NCBI GenBank assembly: GCA_965198235.1
Contig: OZ240248.1
Coordinates: 4,320,001 to 4,384,000 of the forward strand
Length of the DNA stretch: 64,000 nt
Source: Candidatus Poribacteria bacterium
Lineage (GTDB): Bacteria > Poribacteria > WGA-4E > WGA-3G
Reading direction: 5' to 3'
Below, piece after piece: positions 1 to 10,600 of this stretch. The notes under the pieces were generated by a model, which did not search any database, was not told the DNA's origin, and was given only the letters and a program-made list of their open reading frames with translations. Within the stretch, counting starts at the first letter, position 1, and each line of letters opens with the position of its first letter. A program made the translations under genes and the position numbers.

Positions 1-2
1 AA

Positions 3-533
3 CAGCCCCTCCCACAAGAAGGGCAGACCCTTCCACAAGCAAAGCAGATCGTTCAGGAATGGGTAGGAAAAACAGACAAAGATTACACCGATGGACAACT
101 CGCCGTAGACTACGCCCTGGAACAGTCCAACTGCCGACATATCATCATCTACGGCGGTTTACCGCGTCCAGCAGAATATGAAACAGACCAGTTCCTTGGC
201 AACCTCAAACTGATGCGTTTTGGGCATTACCGGGTATCCGCAGGTGAACCTTACACAGCCGAGATGCGGGATCCGAGACAAACAATCCACTACGTGCTAT
301 CAGCAGTGCGTTTAACCCGAAAAAACAGCCGACTGCAACGCGTCTCTCTCATTGCGGAATCTCCGAACGTCATCGTCGAAAAGAGCGAAAATCTACGTTG
401 GGACTTGGCATCACTACACATCCATCCCGATTTAACAAACGCCCTTCGCAACGAATTCGTAGAAGGTGCGGAATCGGCAACCGTCCAATTGACTGACGGA
501 TCTGCCCCCGTCTACGTGATTCACAACTGGTAA
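3..533 (+). CDS. thiN: Thiamine pyrophosphokinase, 5'-truncated by the window edge
   Basis: The frame of ORF 213..533 is open from base 3. The upstream translation contains KDYTDGQLAVDYA (ThiN KDxTD motif) and YGG...DQFLGN (GGRxDHxLxN-like). C-terminal SLI...NLRWDL...LRNEF fits the thiamine-binding domain. Confidence 0.7.
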   Translation, partial: QPLPQEGQTLPQAKQIVQEWVGKTDKDYTDGQLAVDYALEQSNCRHIIIYGGLPRPAEYETDQFLGNLKLMRFGHYRVSAGEPYTAEMRDPRQTIHYVLSAVRLTRKNSRLQRVSLIAESPNVIVEKSENLRWDLASLHIHPDLTNALRNEFVEGAESATVQLTDGSAPVYVIHNW

Positions 534-1486
534 CCGAGTACCTTCTTGAGCGTTTCCGTGTCCAGATTCGCACCGCTCATCACCATTACCACGCGTTTCC
601 CCGCCAGTGTATCCGCGAGTTTATGCGCTGCTGCTATCGGAGACGCGCCTGCACCTTCCGCCAAGTTGTGTGTCCACCGCAACGCCAAACGGATGCCTTC
701 TTCAAGTTCCGCCTCGCTGAGCAGAACAATGTCGTGAATGCCTTTTTTGATAATGGACAGTGGCAACGAAAACGGCGTACGGGTCGCAAGTCCATCGGCA
801 ATGGTATCGCAAGAATCGGTTTCTACACGCTTTCCCGTCTTCCATGAACGGTAGATAGCCGGCGCATTTTCCGCTTGCACACCAATGATCTTGACCTCCG
901 GATTAATCGCTTTAGAAACTGTAATAGCACCACAGCAACCGCTCCCACCGCCAATAGGCACAATGATTGCGTCCACGTCTGGGAGACTCTCAAAAATCTC
1001 AAGCGAATAGGTGCCGACACCGTGGAAAAGCGCAGATTCCAGGCACGGATGAACGTAGTAAAGTCCGCGTTCCGCTTGAAGCGTTTCACACAGCGCAAGT
1101 GCTTCGTCAAAATCGGCACCGTGTTCAATCAGTTCCGCGCCAAACGCTCGCATCGCGCTGTTTTTTTCAGGGTTATTCCCGTGTGGCACAACAACGGTAG
1201 CCTTGACACCATACTGCGCCGCAGCGTAGGCGATCGACTGTCCATGATTCCCGCGTGTCGCCGTCAGAACTCCCTTTTCACGTTGCGCTTGCGGTAGGTG
1301 GTGCATGAAATTGATGCCGCCGCGCACTTTAAAACTACCCGTTGGGTGATGGTTTTCGTGCTTGATGTATGCCTGAAATCCGAGTCGTTCGGACAATTCT
1401 GGATAGTGAACCAAAGGGGTGGGCTTTAAAAATCGTGATACGACGGATCGCGCTGCAATAATTTCCTGAAGGGTAATGGATTTCAT
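521..1486 (-). CDS. PLP-dependent threonine/serine dehydratase (no regulatory domain)
   Basis: KHENHHPTGSFKVRG (PLP lysine), TRGNHGQ, PIGGGSG, TIADGL and SGAN motifs of fold-type II dehydratases. Confidence 0.9.
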   Translation of the reverse strand: MKSITLQEIIAARSVVSRFLKPTPLVHYPELSERLGFQAYIKHENHHPTGSFKVRGGINFMHHLPQAQREKGVLTATRGNHGQSIAYAAAQYGVKATVVVPHGNNPEKNSAMRAFGAELIEHGADFDEALALCETLQAERGLYYVHPCLESALFHGVGTYSLEIFESLPDVDAIIVPIGGGSGCCGAITVSKAINPEVKIIGVQAENAPAIYRSWKTGKRVETDSCDTIADGLATRTPFSLPLSIIKKGIHDIVLLSEAELEEGIRLALRWTHNLAEGAGASPIAAAHKLADTLAGKRVVMVMSGANLDTETLKKVLGYQL

Positions 1487-1541
1487 TTTTTACTCCAATG
1501 TATTTTAAAAAGTCGTAGGACTCATGTAATTTGTCAGAATT

Positions 1542-1629
1542 TATGGTAAATTTTAGAAATATGTAGACATTTCAGTGAATAGCGGATAGAGAAACGTCCT
1601 CCCATCGCTGGCGAGGTTGCCAACCTCAC
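1542..1629. repeat. Partial copy of MITE-like family B (TATGGTAAA end)
   Basis: TATGGTAAA..AGAAATA..TAGACATTT...GGCGAGGTT..AACCT aligns with the reverse complement of 31080-31169. Confidence 0.65.
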
Positions 1630-1749
1630 AACCGACTGCTGACAACTGATAACTTTAAATAGGACCTTGCAAACCTATAAAATCTATGATAATATGATAA
1701 CATACCTCAATGCACATATTCAAAAGTAATGTACAGAAAGGAAACGCAC

Positions 1750-2691
1750 ATGGCACAAGAATGGCATTCCACAGCGTTAGAAATTGATGAAACCGAGGAC
1801 CTCATTGAGGCCTGCTATCAGAACGGATGGACGGATGGACTCCCCGTCGTTCCACCGACACCTGAACGCGTCGAACGCATGCTCAGCGGAATAGATCGGG
1901 ACCCGGAGGAACTCATTGCAGCAGTCCCTCCAAAATGGGGCAGAGCGACAGTCGAAAAGGTCGCGATTAACGCCGTCATGGCAGGATGCAAACCCGAATA
2001 TTTACCGCTTATCCTTACTGCAGTGGAAGCGATGACAACCGAGGAGTTCAACCTCCACGGCGTTCAGGTCACGACATCACACGTTGGGCCGATGCTCGTT
2101 GTGAACGGACCTATCCGAAAGCAGTTAGAAATCAACGACGGATTCAATCTGTTTGGACAAGGATGGCGAGCAAACGCAACAATTGGTCGCACGTTACGGC
2201 TCATCTGTACCAATATCGGCGGCGGACTGCCCGGTGAACTTGACCGCTCGGCATTCGGACACGCCGGAAAATATACCTGTTGCATCGCTGAAAAAGAGGA
2301 GGCAAGCCTTTGGGATCCCTTGCATGTCGAACGCGGTTTCCGAGCTGGCGATAGCACTGTCACCATCTTTGCGGGTGCCGGTCCCCAAACCGTTAACGAC
2401 CACGGTAATAACACCGCAGAAGGCATCCTCAGCACAATTGCGCACAACATCACCGCCCCCGGCAACAGTAGCGGCCAAACGCTTCTTGTCATAGGCGTTG
2501 AGCACGCAAAGACCATCTCAGAAGACGGGTTCAACAAAGCCGACATCCGGCAGTACATCGCTGACACCACAAAGCAGTACTCGACAGAGGATCTGCTGCT
2601 GATGGTAGCAGGTGGACCGGCAGGAAGATGGACGATTGTCGTTCCCGGATGGGGTTCACCGACCTCTCGTGCTATCACATTGGCAGTATAA
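1750..2691 (+). CDS. Uncharacterised protein with the DGLPVVPPT domain (UGSC/thioredoxin-associated family)
   Basis: GWTDGLPVVPPTPERVERML, ATVEKVAINAVMAGC and ANATIGR motifs. Start moved to ATG 1750 after AAGGA. Confidence 0.7.
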   Translation: MAQEWHSTALEIDETEDLIEACYQNGWTDGLPVVPPTPERVERMLSGIDRDPEELIAAVPPKWGRATVEKVAINAVMAGCKPEYLPLILTAVEAMTTEEFNLHGVQVTTSHVGPMLVVNGPIRKQLEINDGFNLFGQGWRANATIGRTLRLICTNIGGGLPGELDRSAFGHAGKYTCCIAEKEEASLWDPLHVERGFRAGDSTVTIFAGAGPQTVNDHGNNTAEGILSTIAHNITAPGNSSGQTLLVIGVEHAKTISEDGFNKADIRQYIADTTKQYSTEDLLLMVAGGPAGRWTIVVPGWGSPTSRAITLAV

Positions 2692-2860
2692 ACCAAGTTA
2701 GAAATTAATCTCTTGACTGTGCTTCTCTTTGATAAATTAAAGTCGAAATTTTTTGCCGAATATTTTCTTGCAAATCGGCGAAAAATGTGGTATCCTTTTT
2801 AAGTGAGAGAATAAGAAACCCAGATCTGTTTTCTGACGTTATAGTAAAGGAATAGATACG

Positions 2861-3289
2861 ATGGACACAAGAACACTGTCTTTGCCGATCAGCACACTGG
2901 ATTATAAGCAACCCGCCGCCGTGCAAGTCGGATCCCCTGTTTCTGTCGTCATTGATATGATGCAAGAGGGAGGAAGAGGGTGTGTTCTCGTCGTTGATGA
3001 GGATGAACAATTAGTTGGAATCATCACCGAACGGGATCTGCTCCAGCATGTGAGCGGGCAGCGCGCCGCACCCGCGGAATTTAAGGTCGAACAGGTGATG
3101 ACAGCGGACCCAGAGACACTACGCGCCAGTGACCCTATTGCCTTCGCACTAAACCTGATGCATCTTGGTCACTTCCGGCACCTACCTCTCTGTGTTTGGG
3201 ACGACCAAGGAGAGGCATACCCCATCGGAATAATTTCAACCCGCGATATCTTAGAACATATCGCCATATTTATAGAAAACCAGGCGTAG
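2861..3289 (+). CDS. CBS-domain pair protein
   Basis: LVGIITERDLL, VMTADP, HFRHLP and IGIISTRDIL; AAGGA RBS. Confidence 0.9.
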   Translation: MDTRTLSLPISTLDYKQPAAVQVGSPVSVVIDMMQEGGRGCVLVVDEDEQLVGIITERDLLQHVSGQRAAPAEFKVEQVMTADPETLRASDPIAFALNLMHLGHFRHLPLCVWDDQGEAYPIGIISTRDILEHIAIFIENQA

Positions 3290-3300
3290 GAGGCGTAACC

Positions 3301-3834
3301 ATGCTATATGACTTGGCAATTGACGAAGAATTAGAGCAGATGGACGAAGACGCTGCGTTAAGAGCATGGAACACGCAAGAGATTCAGGTTTCGCTAAAAG
3401 ATCTGATGCGTCCCGTCATTAAGATTGACATCAACTCCAGCACGAATGAGGCTATCGATTTACTCCTTGCTAACGAAATCGGCGCAGCACCTGTTGTTGA
3501 GAACGATTATCTCCGCGGGATATTTAGTGAGCGAGACGTACTCAACAAAATTCTCAATAAACAAGTCGGGGACTTGGACGACAGTCGCGTTAAAGAATTC
3601 ATGATCGCAGATCCGCAGACAGCACAAGCGGAAGATACACTGAACACCGCCATTCTCCACATGGCACGGGGCGGTTACCGACACGTCCCTATTGTTGATA
3701 CGGAAAATCGCCCGATTGGTATGGTATCCATTCGTGACGTAATCTCCTATCTTGTTGAGGAATTTCTTCAAGAAGTCTTAACACTACCACCGAAACCTGT
3801 TCGAGATGCGCTGAAAGCCCGAGAGGGTGCCTAA
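3301..3834 (+). CDS. CBS-domain pair protein
   Basis: LRGIFSERDVL, GYRHVPIVD and GMVSIRDVI. Start ATG 3301 follows AGGAGG; the ORF-track start overlaps the previous gene. Confidence 0.9.
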   Translation: MLYDLAIDEELEQMDEDAALRAWNTQEIQVSLKDLMRPVIKIDINSSTNEAIDLLLANEIGAAPVVENDYLRGIFSERDVLNKILNKQVGDLDDSRVKEFMIADPQTAQAEDTLNTAILHMARGGYRHVPIVDTENRPIGMVSIRDVISYLVEEFLQEVLTLPPKPVRDALKAREGA

Positions 3835-3859
3835 ATGCCTCTAAACTTTTCATATTTTT

Positions 3860-3928
3860 TAGGTGCGGTTGCCAAACACGTACCTGTCTTCTAATCTCTT
3901 GTAGGTGTCTTTACCAAACACGCACCTA
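3860..3928. repeat. Two REP-like GTAGGTG...CACCT imperfect palindromes
   Basis: TAGGTGCGGTTGCCAAACACGTACCT and GTAGGTGTCTTTACCAAACACGCACCTA in tandem. Confidence 0.5.
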
Positions 3929-3946
3929 TCCTAAAAAAGGACGATT

Positions 3947-5803
3947 GTGATGCGCAAGCCAGTAGAGCAAATCGAGGAAGCGACAATCCTATTTGCTGGC
4001 GACTCCGGCGATGGGTCGCAGACCATTGGCACACAAATGACTGAAACCACCGCCCTCATTGGGAACGATGTCGCCACGCTACCCGATTACCCCGCTGAGA
4101 TTCGTGCACCCGCCGGGTCGTTAGCTGGAATATCCGGGTTCCAACTCCACTTCTCAAGCGAACAAATTCACACCCCCGGAGATCTCTGCGATGTTCTCAT
4201 CGCGATGAACCCCGCCGCTTTAAAGGTACACCTCGACAAACTCAAGCCCAACGGCATCCTGATTGTAAATATAGACAATTTCGCGCGCCGCAATTTACGC
4301 CTCGCAGGATATGAAGAAGATCCACTCGAAGATGATAAACTTACGAAGTATCAAGTTTTCCGTGTCGAATTAACACAACTCACTCGAAAAGCACTCGAAA
4401 CAACGCAATTAAGCGTCCCAGAAATCGACAGATGTAAAAACTTTTTCGCACTCGGTATGATCCTCTGGCTCTACAATCGTCCAATGGAATATACGATGAA
4501 GTGGATCAAAGCGAAGTTCGCGAGCAAACCACAGTATGTAGAATCTAATATTCTTGCACTCCGCGCTGGGAATACTTACTGCGAAGCTACCGAGCAGTTT
4601 GCCGTCTCCTATGATGTCAAACCCGCCGTCTTTGAACCTGGGACCTACCGGAACATCGAAGGCAATATGGCAACGGTGCTTGGACTTGTCGCCGCTTCGC
4701 ATCAGTCCGGTTTACCCCTCGTTTACGGGAGTTACCCAATCACACCCGCAAGCGATATTCTCCACGGACTCGCACAATATCGGAATTTCGGTGTCGTTAC
4801 AATGCAGATGGAGGATGAGATTGCCGCCGTCGGCGTTGCAATCGGTGCATCCTTTAGCGGTGCACTCGGTGTGACCGGCAGTAGTGGACCGGGGCTTGCG
4901 CTTAAATCGGAAGCGATTAACCTCGCCATGATTGCTGAACTTCCACTCGTGGTGTGTAACATCCAGCGTGCGGGTCCCTCAACAGGCATGCCAACAAAGA
5001 CGGAACAGTCGGACCTCTTGCAGATGTTCTACGGCAGGAACGGCGAATCTCCGCTGCCTATCATCGCTCCCTCACGTCCGTTCGATTGCTTCGAGACCGT
5101 CTACGAAGCGTGTCGCATCGCTGTGAAATACAGGACCCCAGTGATTTTCCTCTCCGACCTCTACATCGGGATGGGAGCTGAACCGTGGAAGATTCCGCAA
5201 CTCTCCGAACTACCGGAAATTAGACCCGACTTCGCAGTGAGCGCAGATACCCGCAACGGGTTTGAACCTTATCTACGCGACCCAGAAACCTTGGCGCGTC
5301 CGTGGGCGAAACCCGGCACCGCCGGCTTAGAGCATCGCATCGGAGGGTTAGAGAAATCAGATGTGACGGGACACGTCAGTTACGATGCTGAAAACCACCA
5401 ACGGATGATAGAAATCCGAGCGGAAAAGGTCGCACGCATCGCCGATGAGTTACCACCGACGGAGGTTTTCGGCGCACAAGAAGGTGACGTTCTGCTCCTT
5501 GGATGGGGAGGTACCTACGGCGCAATCCGAACCACAGCAGAAAACTGTATCGCCGAAGGACTCCCAATAGCACACGTCCATCTCCGACACCTCAACCCCT
5601 TCCCTAAAGATTTAGCCGACATTCTACAGAGATTCAAAAAGATTTTAATTCCTGAACTAAACAGTGGCCAACTCCTCCAACTCATTCGTAGCACCTATCT
5701 CATTGATGCAATCGGGTTTAACAAGGTGCAAGGGCAACCCTTCCATGTTTTTGAGTTGACATCGAAAATTGACGAGATACTTGAAGAAACAGGGGACGCT
5801 TAG
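3947..5803 (+). CDS. korA: 2-oxoacid:ferredoxin oxidoreductase alpha subunit (gamma-alpha fusion)
   Basis: AGDSGDG, DYPAEIRAP, YPITPAS, EDEIAA, SGPG and QRAGPSTGMPTK motifs. Confidence 0.93.
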   Translation: MMRKPVEQIEEATILFAGDSGDGSQTIGTQMTETTALIGNDVATLPDYPAEIRAPAGSLAGISGFQLHFSSEQIHTPGDLCDVLIAMNPAALKVHLDKLKPNGILIVNIDNFARRNLRLAGYEEDPLEDDKLTKYQVFRVELTQLTRKALETTQLSVPEIDRCKNFFALGMILWLYNRPMEYTMKWIKAKFASKPQYVESNILALRAGNTYCEATEQFAVSYDVKPAVFEPGTYRNIEGNMATVLGLVAASHQSGLPLVYGSYPITPASDILHGLAQYRNFGVVTMQMEDEIAAVGVAIGASFSGALGVTGSSGPGLALKSEAINLAMIAELPLVVCNIQRAGPSTGMPTKTEQSDLLQMFYGRNGESPLPIIAPSRPFDCFETVYEACRIAVKYRTPVIFLSDLYIGMGAEPWKIPQLSELPEIRPDFAVSADTRNGFEPYLRDPETLARPWAKPGTAGLEHRIGGLEKSDVTGHVSYDAENHQRMIEIRAEKVARIADELPPTEVFGAQEGDVLLLGWGGTYGAIRTTAENCIAEGLPIAHVHLRHLNPFPKDLADILQRFKKILIPELNSGQLLQLIRSTYLIDAIGFNKVQGQPFHVFELTSKIDEILEETGDA

Positions 5804-5833
5804 CCCCTAACGCCAAAAGGCGGTAAACAAATC

Positions 5834-6886
5834 ATGAGAAGCAAAAGAACCAGAACTTCACGCATTCCCGCTGGGGCACCTACCCTCTCCAAAAAGGACT
5901 TTGTATCCGACCAAGACGTACGCTGGTGTCCCGGTTGCGGCGATTACTCCATTCTCGCTCAGACCCAACGTATTATGCCGGAACTCGGCATCCCGAAAGA
6001 AAACATCGTCTTTATCTCCGGTATCGGGTGTTCGAGTCGGTTTCCATATTACATGGACACCTACGGCTTCCACACCATCCACGGTAGAGCCCCAACGATT
6101 GCCTCCGGTGTAAAAATGGCGAACCCCGACCTCTCTGTGTGGGTTATCACAGGGGATGGTGATGCGCTCTCAATTGGTGGCAACCACTTCATCCACCTGA
6201 TGCGCCGCAATTTCGATGTCAACGTTCTGCTCTTTAACAACCGCATCTACGGACTTACGAAGGGACAATACTCACCGACATCCGAACAAGGGAAACGGAC
6301 AAAGTCTACCCCTCTCGGTTCAGTGGATACACCCTTTAATCCGATTAGCCTCGCATTGGCTTCCGGTGCTACATTCGTGGCACGCTCGCTGGATAGAGAC
6401 CCAAATCACCTCCGAACCATCATCAAGTCAGCGTTTGAACACAAGGGCACGTCCTTCATCGAAATCTACCAAAACTGCAACGTGTTTAACGACGGAGCCT
6501 TCTTTCAATACACGGAAAAAGAAACAAAGGCTGACCACACGGTGATTCTGGAGCATAACGAACCCCTCGTTTTCGGAACAGAACACGATAAGGGTATCCG
6601 CCTGAACGGCTTCGAACCCGAAGTCGTCAAAACCACAAATGGCGAATACTCCACTGAGGATCTCATCGTCCACGATCGGTACGCCGAGAACACCACCTTA
6701 GCGAACTTCCTTGCACGGATGAGCGACGCGCCTGACATGCCGGACCCCATCGGCATCTTCCGCAGTGTTCGACAGCCCTGTTACGAAGACCTGATGACGA
6801 ACCAGGTCCGCACCGCAAAAGAGCGCATGGGCGATGGCAACCTCGAAGCACTCCTCAACGCCGGCGAAACGTGGACTGTGACGTAG
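5834..6886 (+). CDS. korB: 2-oxoacid:ferredoxin oxidoreductase beta subunit
   Basis: WCPGCGD, SGIGCSSR, HGRA and the GDGD...NNRIYGLTKGQ TPP motif. Confidence 0.93.
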   Translation: MRSKRTRTSRIPAGAPTLSKKDFVSDQDVRWCPGCGDYSILAQTQRIMPELGIPKENIVFISGIGCSSRFPYYMDTYGFHTIHGRAPTIASGVKMANPDLSVWVITGDGDALSIGGNHFIHLMRRNFDVNVLLFNNRIYGLTKGQYSPTSEQGKRTKSTPLGSVDTPFNPISLALASGATFVARSLDRDPNHLRTIIKSAFEHKGTSFIEIYQNCNVFNDGAFFQYTEKETKADHTVILEHNEPLVFGTEHDKGIRLNGFEPEVVKTTNGEYSTEDLIVHDRYAENTTLANFLARMSDAPDMPDPIGIFRSVRQPCYEDLMTNQVRTAKERMGDGNLEALLNAGETWTVT

Positions 6887-6904
6887 TTTGGCAGGATTCC
6901 GACA

Positions 6905-7678
6905 ATGAAAATTTACATTCTAACCGACTTAGAAGGGGTTGCGATGGTATCCCGCTTCAGTCAAACCCGTGAAGAAGGTCCCCAGAAACAGACAGCCATG
7001 AAATTATTGACGCAGGAGTTAAATGCTGCTGTTGATGGCATTCTTGATGTGGATGCAGACGCAGAAATTGTGGTCTGGGATGGACACGGGACTGGCGGCA
7101 TTGATGTGCTCGAATTTCATCCGAAGGCGAAACTCATAGCGCGGGGTCCTATCCGTCCGCCCTACTATCTTGACACGACCTATGACGCGCTCTTTTTCTT
7201 AGGACAACACGCCATGGCAGGCACGCCAAACGCTCCGTTGAGTCATACGTATTCTTCTTTGTCAATTGAATACTACAAACTCAACGGGAAAATGATCGGA
7301 GAATTCGGATGCCGTGCAGCACTCGCAGGCACTTTCAATGTCCCAACGGTTTTCATCTCTGGCGACGATAAAGCGGTTGCAGAAGCGAAGCAACTTATAC
7401 CCAACATTTATGGCGTTGAAACCAAACAGGGGCTCGGACAGGAACTCGCGTTGCATCTATCACCGCAGCGGTCGCGAGAACTGATTCGAGAGGCTGCCGC
7501 GGATGCTTGCCGACATATCACTGAGATTGCCCCATTGAAAATCGATCCACCTTATACGTTTGAAGTCCGGGTGCTTGAAGGTAAATCAATTGATCGGTAC
7601 CTGCAACAGGGCGCGGTGAAGATTGATGATCGCACCGTCAGTTGGCACAGCGATGACCTTTACGCCCTGTCTATTTAG
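6905..7678 (+). CDS. M55 family metallopeptidase (DppA D-aminopeptidase-like)
   Basis: TDLEG, DGHG, GQHAMAG, HTYS, GEFG and SGDD motifs. Confidence 0.88.
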   Translation: MKIYILTDLEGVAMVSRFSQTREEGPQKQTAMKLLTQELNAAVDGILDVDADAEIVVWDGHGTGGIDVLEFHPKAKLIARGPIRPPYYLDTTYDALFFLGQHAMAGTPNAPLSHTYSSLSIEYYKLNGKMIGEFGCRAALAGTFNVPTVFISGDDKAVAEAKQLIPNIYGVETKQGLGQELALHLSPQRSRELIREAAADACRHITEIAPLKIDPPYTFEVRVLEGKSIDRYLQQGAVKIDDRTVSWHSDDLYALSI

Positions 7679-7679
7679 C

Positions 7680-10600
7680 ATGTCAAACCAGAACACATCT
7701 CTCCAGTCCGGCATCCGAGATAACCTTCGCCGTGGAACAGTTTATGAATTCTTAGCACAAGAAATCAAAAACGGCTCCCTTCTCTCCGTTGTATCCGCAT
7801 ACTTCACCATCAACGCCTTTGAGGCACTGCAAAAACCGCTGAACCAAATAGACAATCTCCGCTTTCTGTTTGGCGACCCGGATTTTATCAAAAGTCTCGA
7901 CCCGAGTAATACCGAGAAAAAAGCGTTTGGAATTACGGACACAGGCTTGGAACTCAGTAAGCAACTCCAACAGAAACCGATCGCGAAAGCCTGTGCCGAA
8001 TGGATAAAAGAGAAGGTCGAAATCCGATCAACACGAGAATCAAACCTCCTCCACGGGAAAATGTATCACATCGCCAATAATGGTGTTGAAAAGGCGATCA
8101 TGGGCAGCTCGAACTTCACCATGCGCGGTTTAGGGTTAACGCAGGAAAGCAACAACATTGAACTGAATCTGGAGGTGGATAGCGACCGCGACCGCAGCGA
8201 CCTGAAAGCATGGTTTGATGAAATCTGGAATGACAACAAACTCGTTGAAGATGTCAAGGGGAAAGTCCTCGCTACATTAGGACAGATAGGCAAAGATCAC
8301 GCGCCAGAACTCATCTATTACAAAACCCTCTACGAACTTTTTCGTGATGAGATCGAAACACGGAAAACTAACGATCAAACCCTTGAAGACACGCATCTGT
8401 ATGACACCAAAATCTGGGAAACGTTGTATGAGTTTCAGAAAGAGGGCGTGAAGAGTGTGATTGCCCGTCTATTACGGCACAACGGCTGTATCTTAGCAGA
8501 CAGCGTCGGTTTAGGAAAAACCTACACGGCACTCGCGGTTATCAAATTCTTTGAATTGCGAAACGAACGTGTGCTCGTCCTATGTCCTAAAAAACTGCAT
8601 GACAACTGGGCACTCTATCCCGCCTATAACTCGCAAGACACGAATCCATTCCTTGATGACAAGTTCGGCTACACGCTGCTGTCGCATACCGACCTCTCCC
8701 GTTACACGGGTGAATCCGGTGGCGTTAATTTGGAAAATTTCAATTGGCGTAATTTCGACATGATAGTGATTGACGAATCACACAATTTCCGCAACGACAC
8801 CAAACCTACCCGTGATGACGACGGCAACTTCGTCCGACACAGTCGCTACACACGGCTTTTGGAGGAGGTTATCAAGAAAGGCACGAAAACAAAGGTGCTG
8901 ATGCTTTCGGCAACACCGGTAAACACCTCGCTCACCGACCTTCGTAATCAGATTTACCTGATGACCGAAAAACGTGAGGATGCCTTCAGGAAAAGTTTGG
9001 GGATCGGTAATATCCGTTCAATGCTACAGCAAGCACAAAAGGCATTCAAGACATGGGAGGAGGACGGAGAAGAGAACGGGAAAAAAGACAAAGCGAAGTT
9101 GCTGGAAACACTCGGTGCCGATTTCTTCCAATTGCTCGGGGGTGTCTCTATCGCCCGTTCCCGACGGCATATTAAAACCTTCTATGCCGACGAAATAGAC
9201 CGGATCGGAGACTTCCCGACACCGCAGAAACCAGAAAATTTCCACCCACCGACCGACTTGACAGGTGAACTCTCCTACAAAGCCTTAGCAGATCAGATAG
9301 GCGAGTTTACACTCTCCATCTATCAACCTTCCAGTTATGTCATCAGCGAGGCAGCGAAACAGCGGTTAGCAGACGAAAAACAGAAATTTCGTTTCAACCA
9401 AGCAGATCGTGAGCGATTCCTTATCGGCATGATGCAGACCAACTTTCTTAAGCGTTTGGAAAGTTCCGCACACTCCCTCTCGGAAACGCTTGAGCGCACC
9501 GTCGGCAAAATTGACGCTATGCTGAAGAAGATTCACAAATATGAACAAAATCCACGTATACAAGACGCACAAGCCGACGTTCTACCTGATGGCGATGAAG
9601 ACGATGAGGAATTTTTGATTAACCGAGCGCGGAATCCTTATCACCTCAGTGAGTTGGATTGCACCCGCTGGAAAAAAGATCTCATCAAAGACAAACAGAT
9701 CTTAACCGCCGCGTGGGACAAAATCAAATCCATCACACCCGCCCGGGATGGCAAACTCAAAGCAATCAAGGCGCGTATTAGAGACAAGGTACTAAACTCA
9801 ACGACTGACAAGGACGGAAAAACCAACCGCAAATTGTTAGTCTTCACGACCTTCAAAGATACGGCGGTCTATCTCTATGAAAACCTGTCAGATATTGCGG
9901 CTGAATTAAACCTGAACATGGCGATGGTTTCAGGAAGCAGCACATACACCACCTGCGGACGAAACAACTTCAACGCTATCCTAACCAATTTTGCTCCGCG
10001 TGCGCGAGGACGTAGCGATAGCACAAGCGAGGACGTTGATCTCCTCATCGTCACGGACTGTATCTCAGAAGGGCAAAATCTTCAGGACTGCGATACGGTA
10101 CTGAACTATGACATCCACTGGAACCCTGTCCGTATTATCCAACGCTTTGGGAGAATTGATCGAATCGGCAGTCGTAATACTACGGTGAAGATGATCAACT
10201 ACTGGCCCACCGAAGACATGGAGGTTTACCTCCGTTTACAAAGCCGCGTGGAATCCCGTATGGCACTCGCCGACGCAGCCGCAAGCGGTGATGACGACCC
10301 GCTGAATGAATTCACTTATGAACAGGCACAGATGGAACTCAATTTCCGTGATGAGCAATTGAAGCAGCTCCGCGAAGATGTCTTAGACCTCGACGACCTC
10401 TCCGACGGAATCGTCATGAGCGATTTTACGTTTGATTACTTCTTTGCCCAATTGCTAAAGTATCTCGAAAGAAACAGGGCGGAATTAGAAGCCACACCGA
10501 AGGGGGCGTACGCCGTCACTACCAACGAAAACAGTCCGACAGAAACCGGTGTCATCTTTTTCCTCCAGCAACTTAATGCCACGACGGATATTGAGAAAAA

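Noticed and set aside
1729-2691. Selenoprotein (family link to UGSC proteins)
   Set aside because: No in-frame TGA and no UGSC segment in this ORF.
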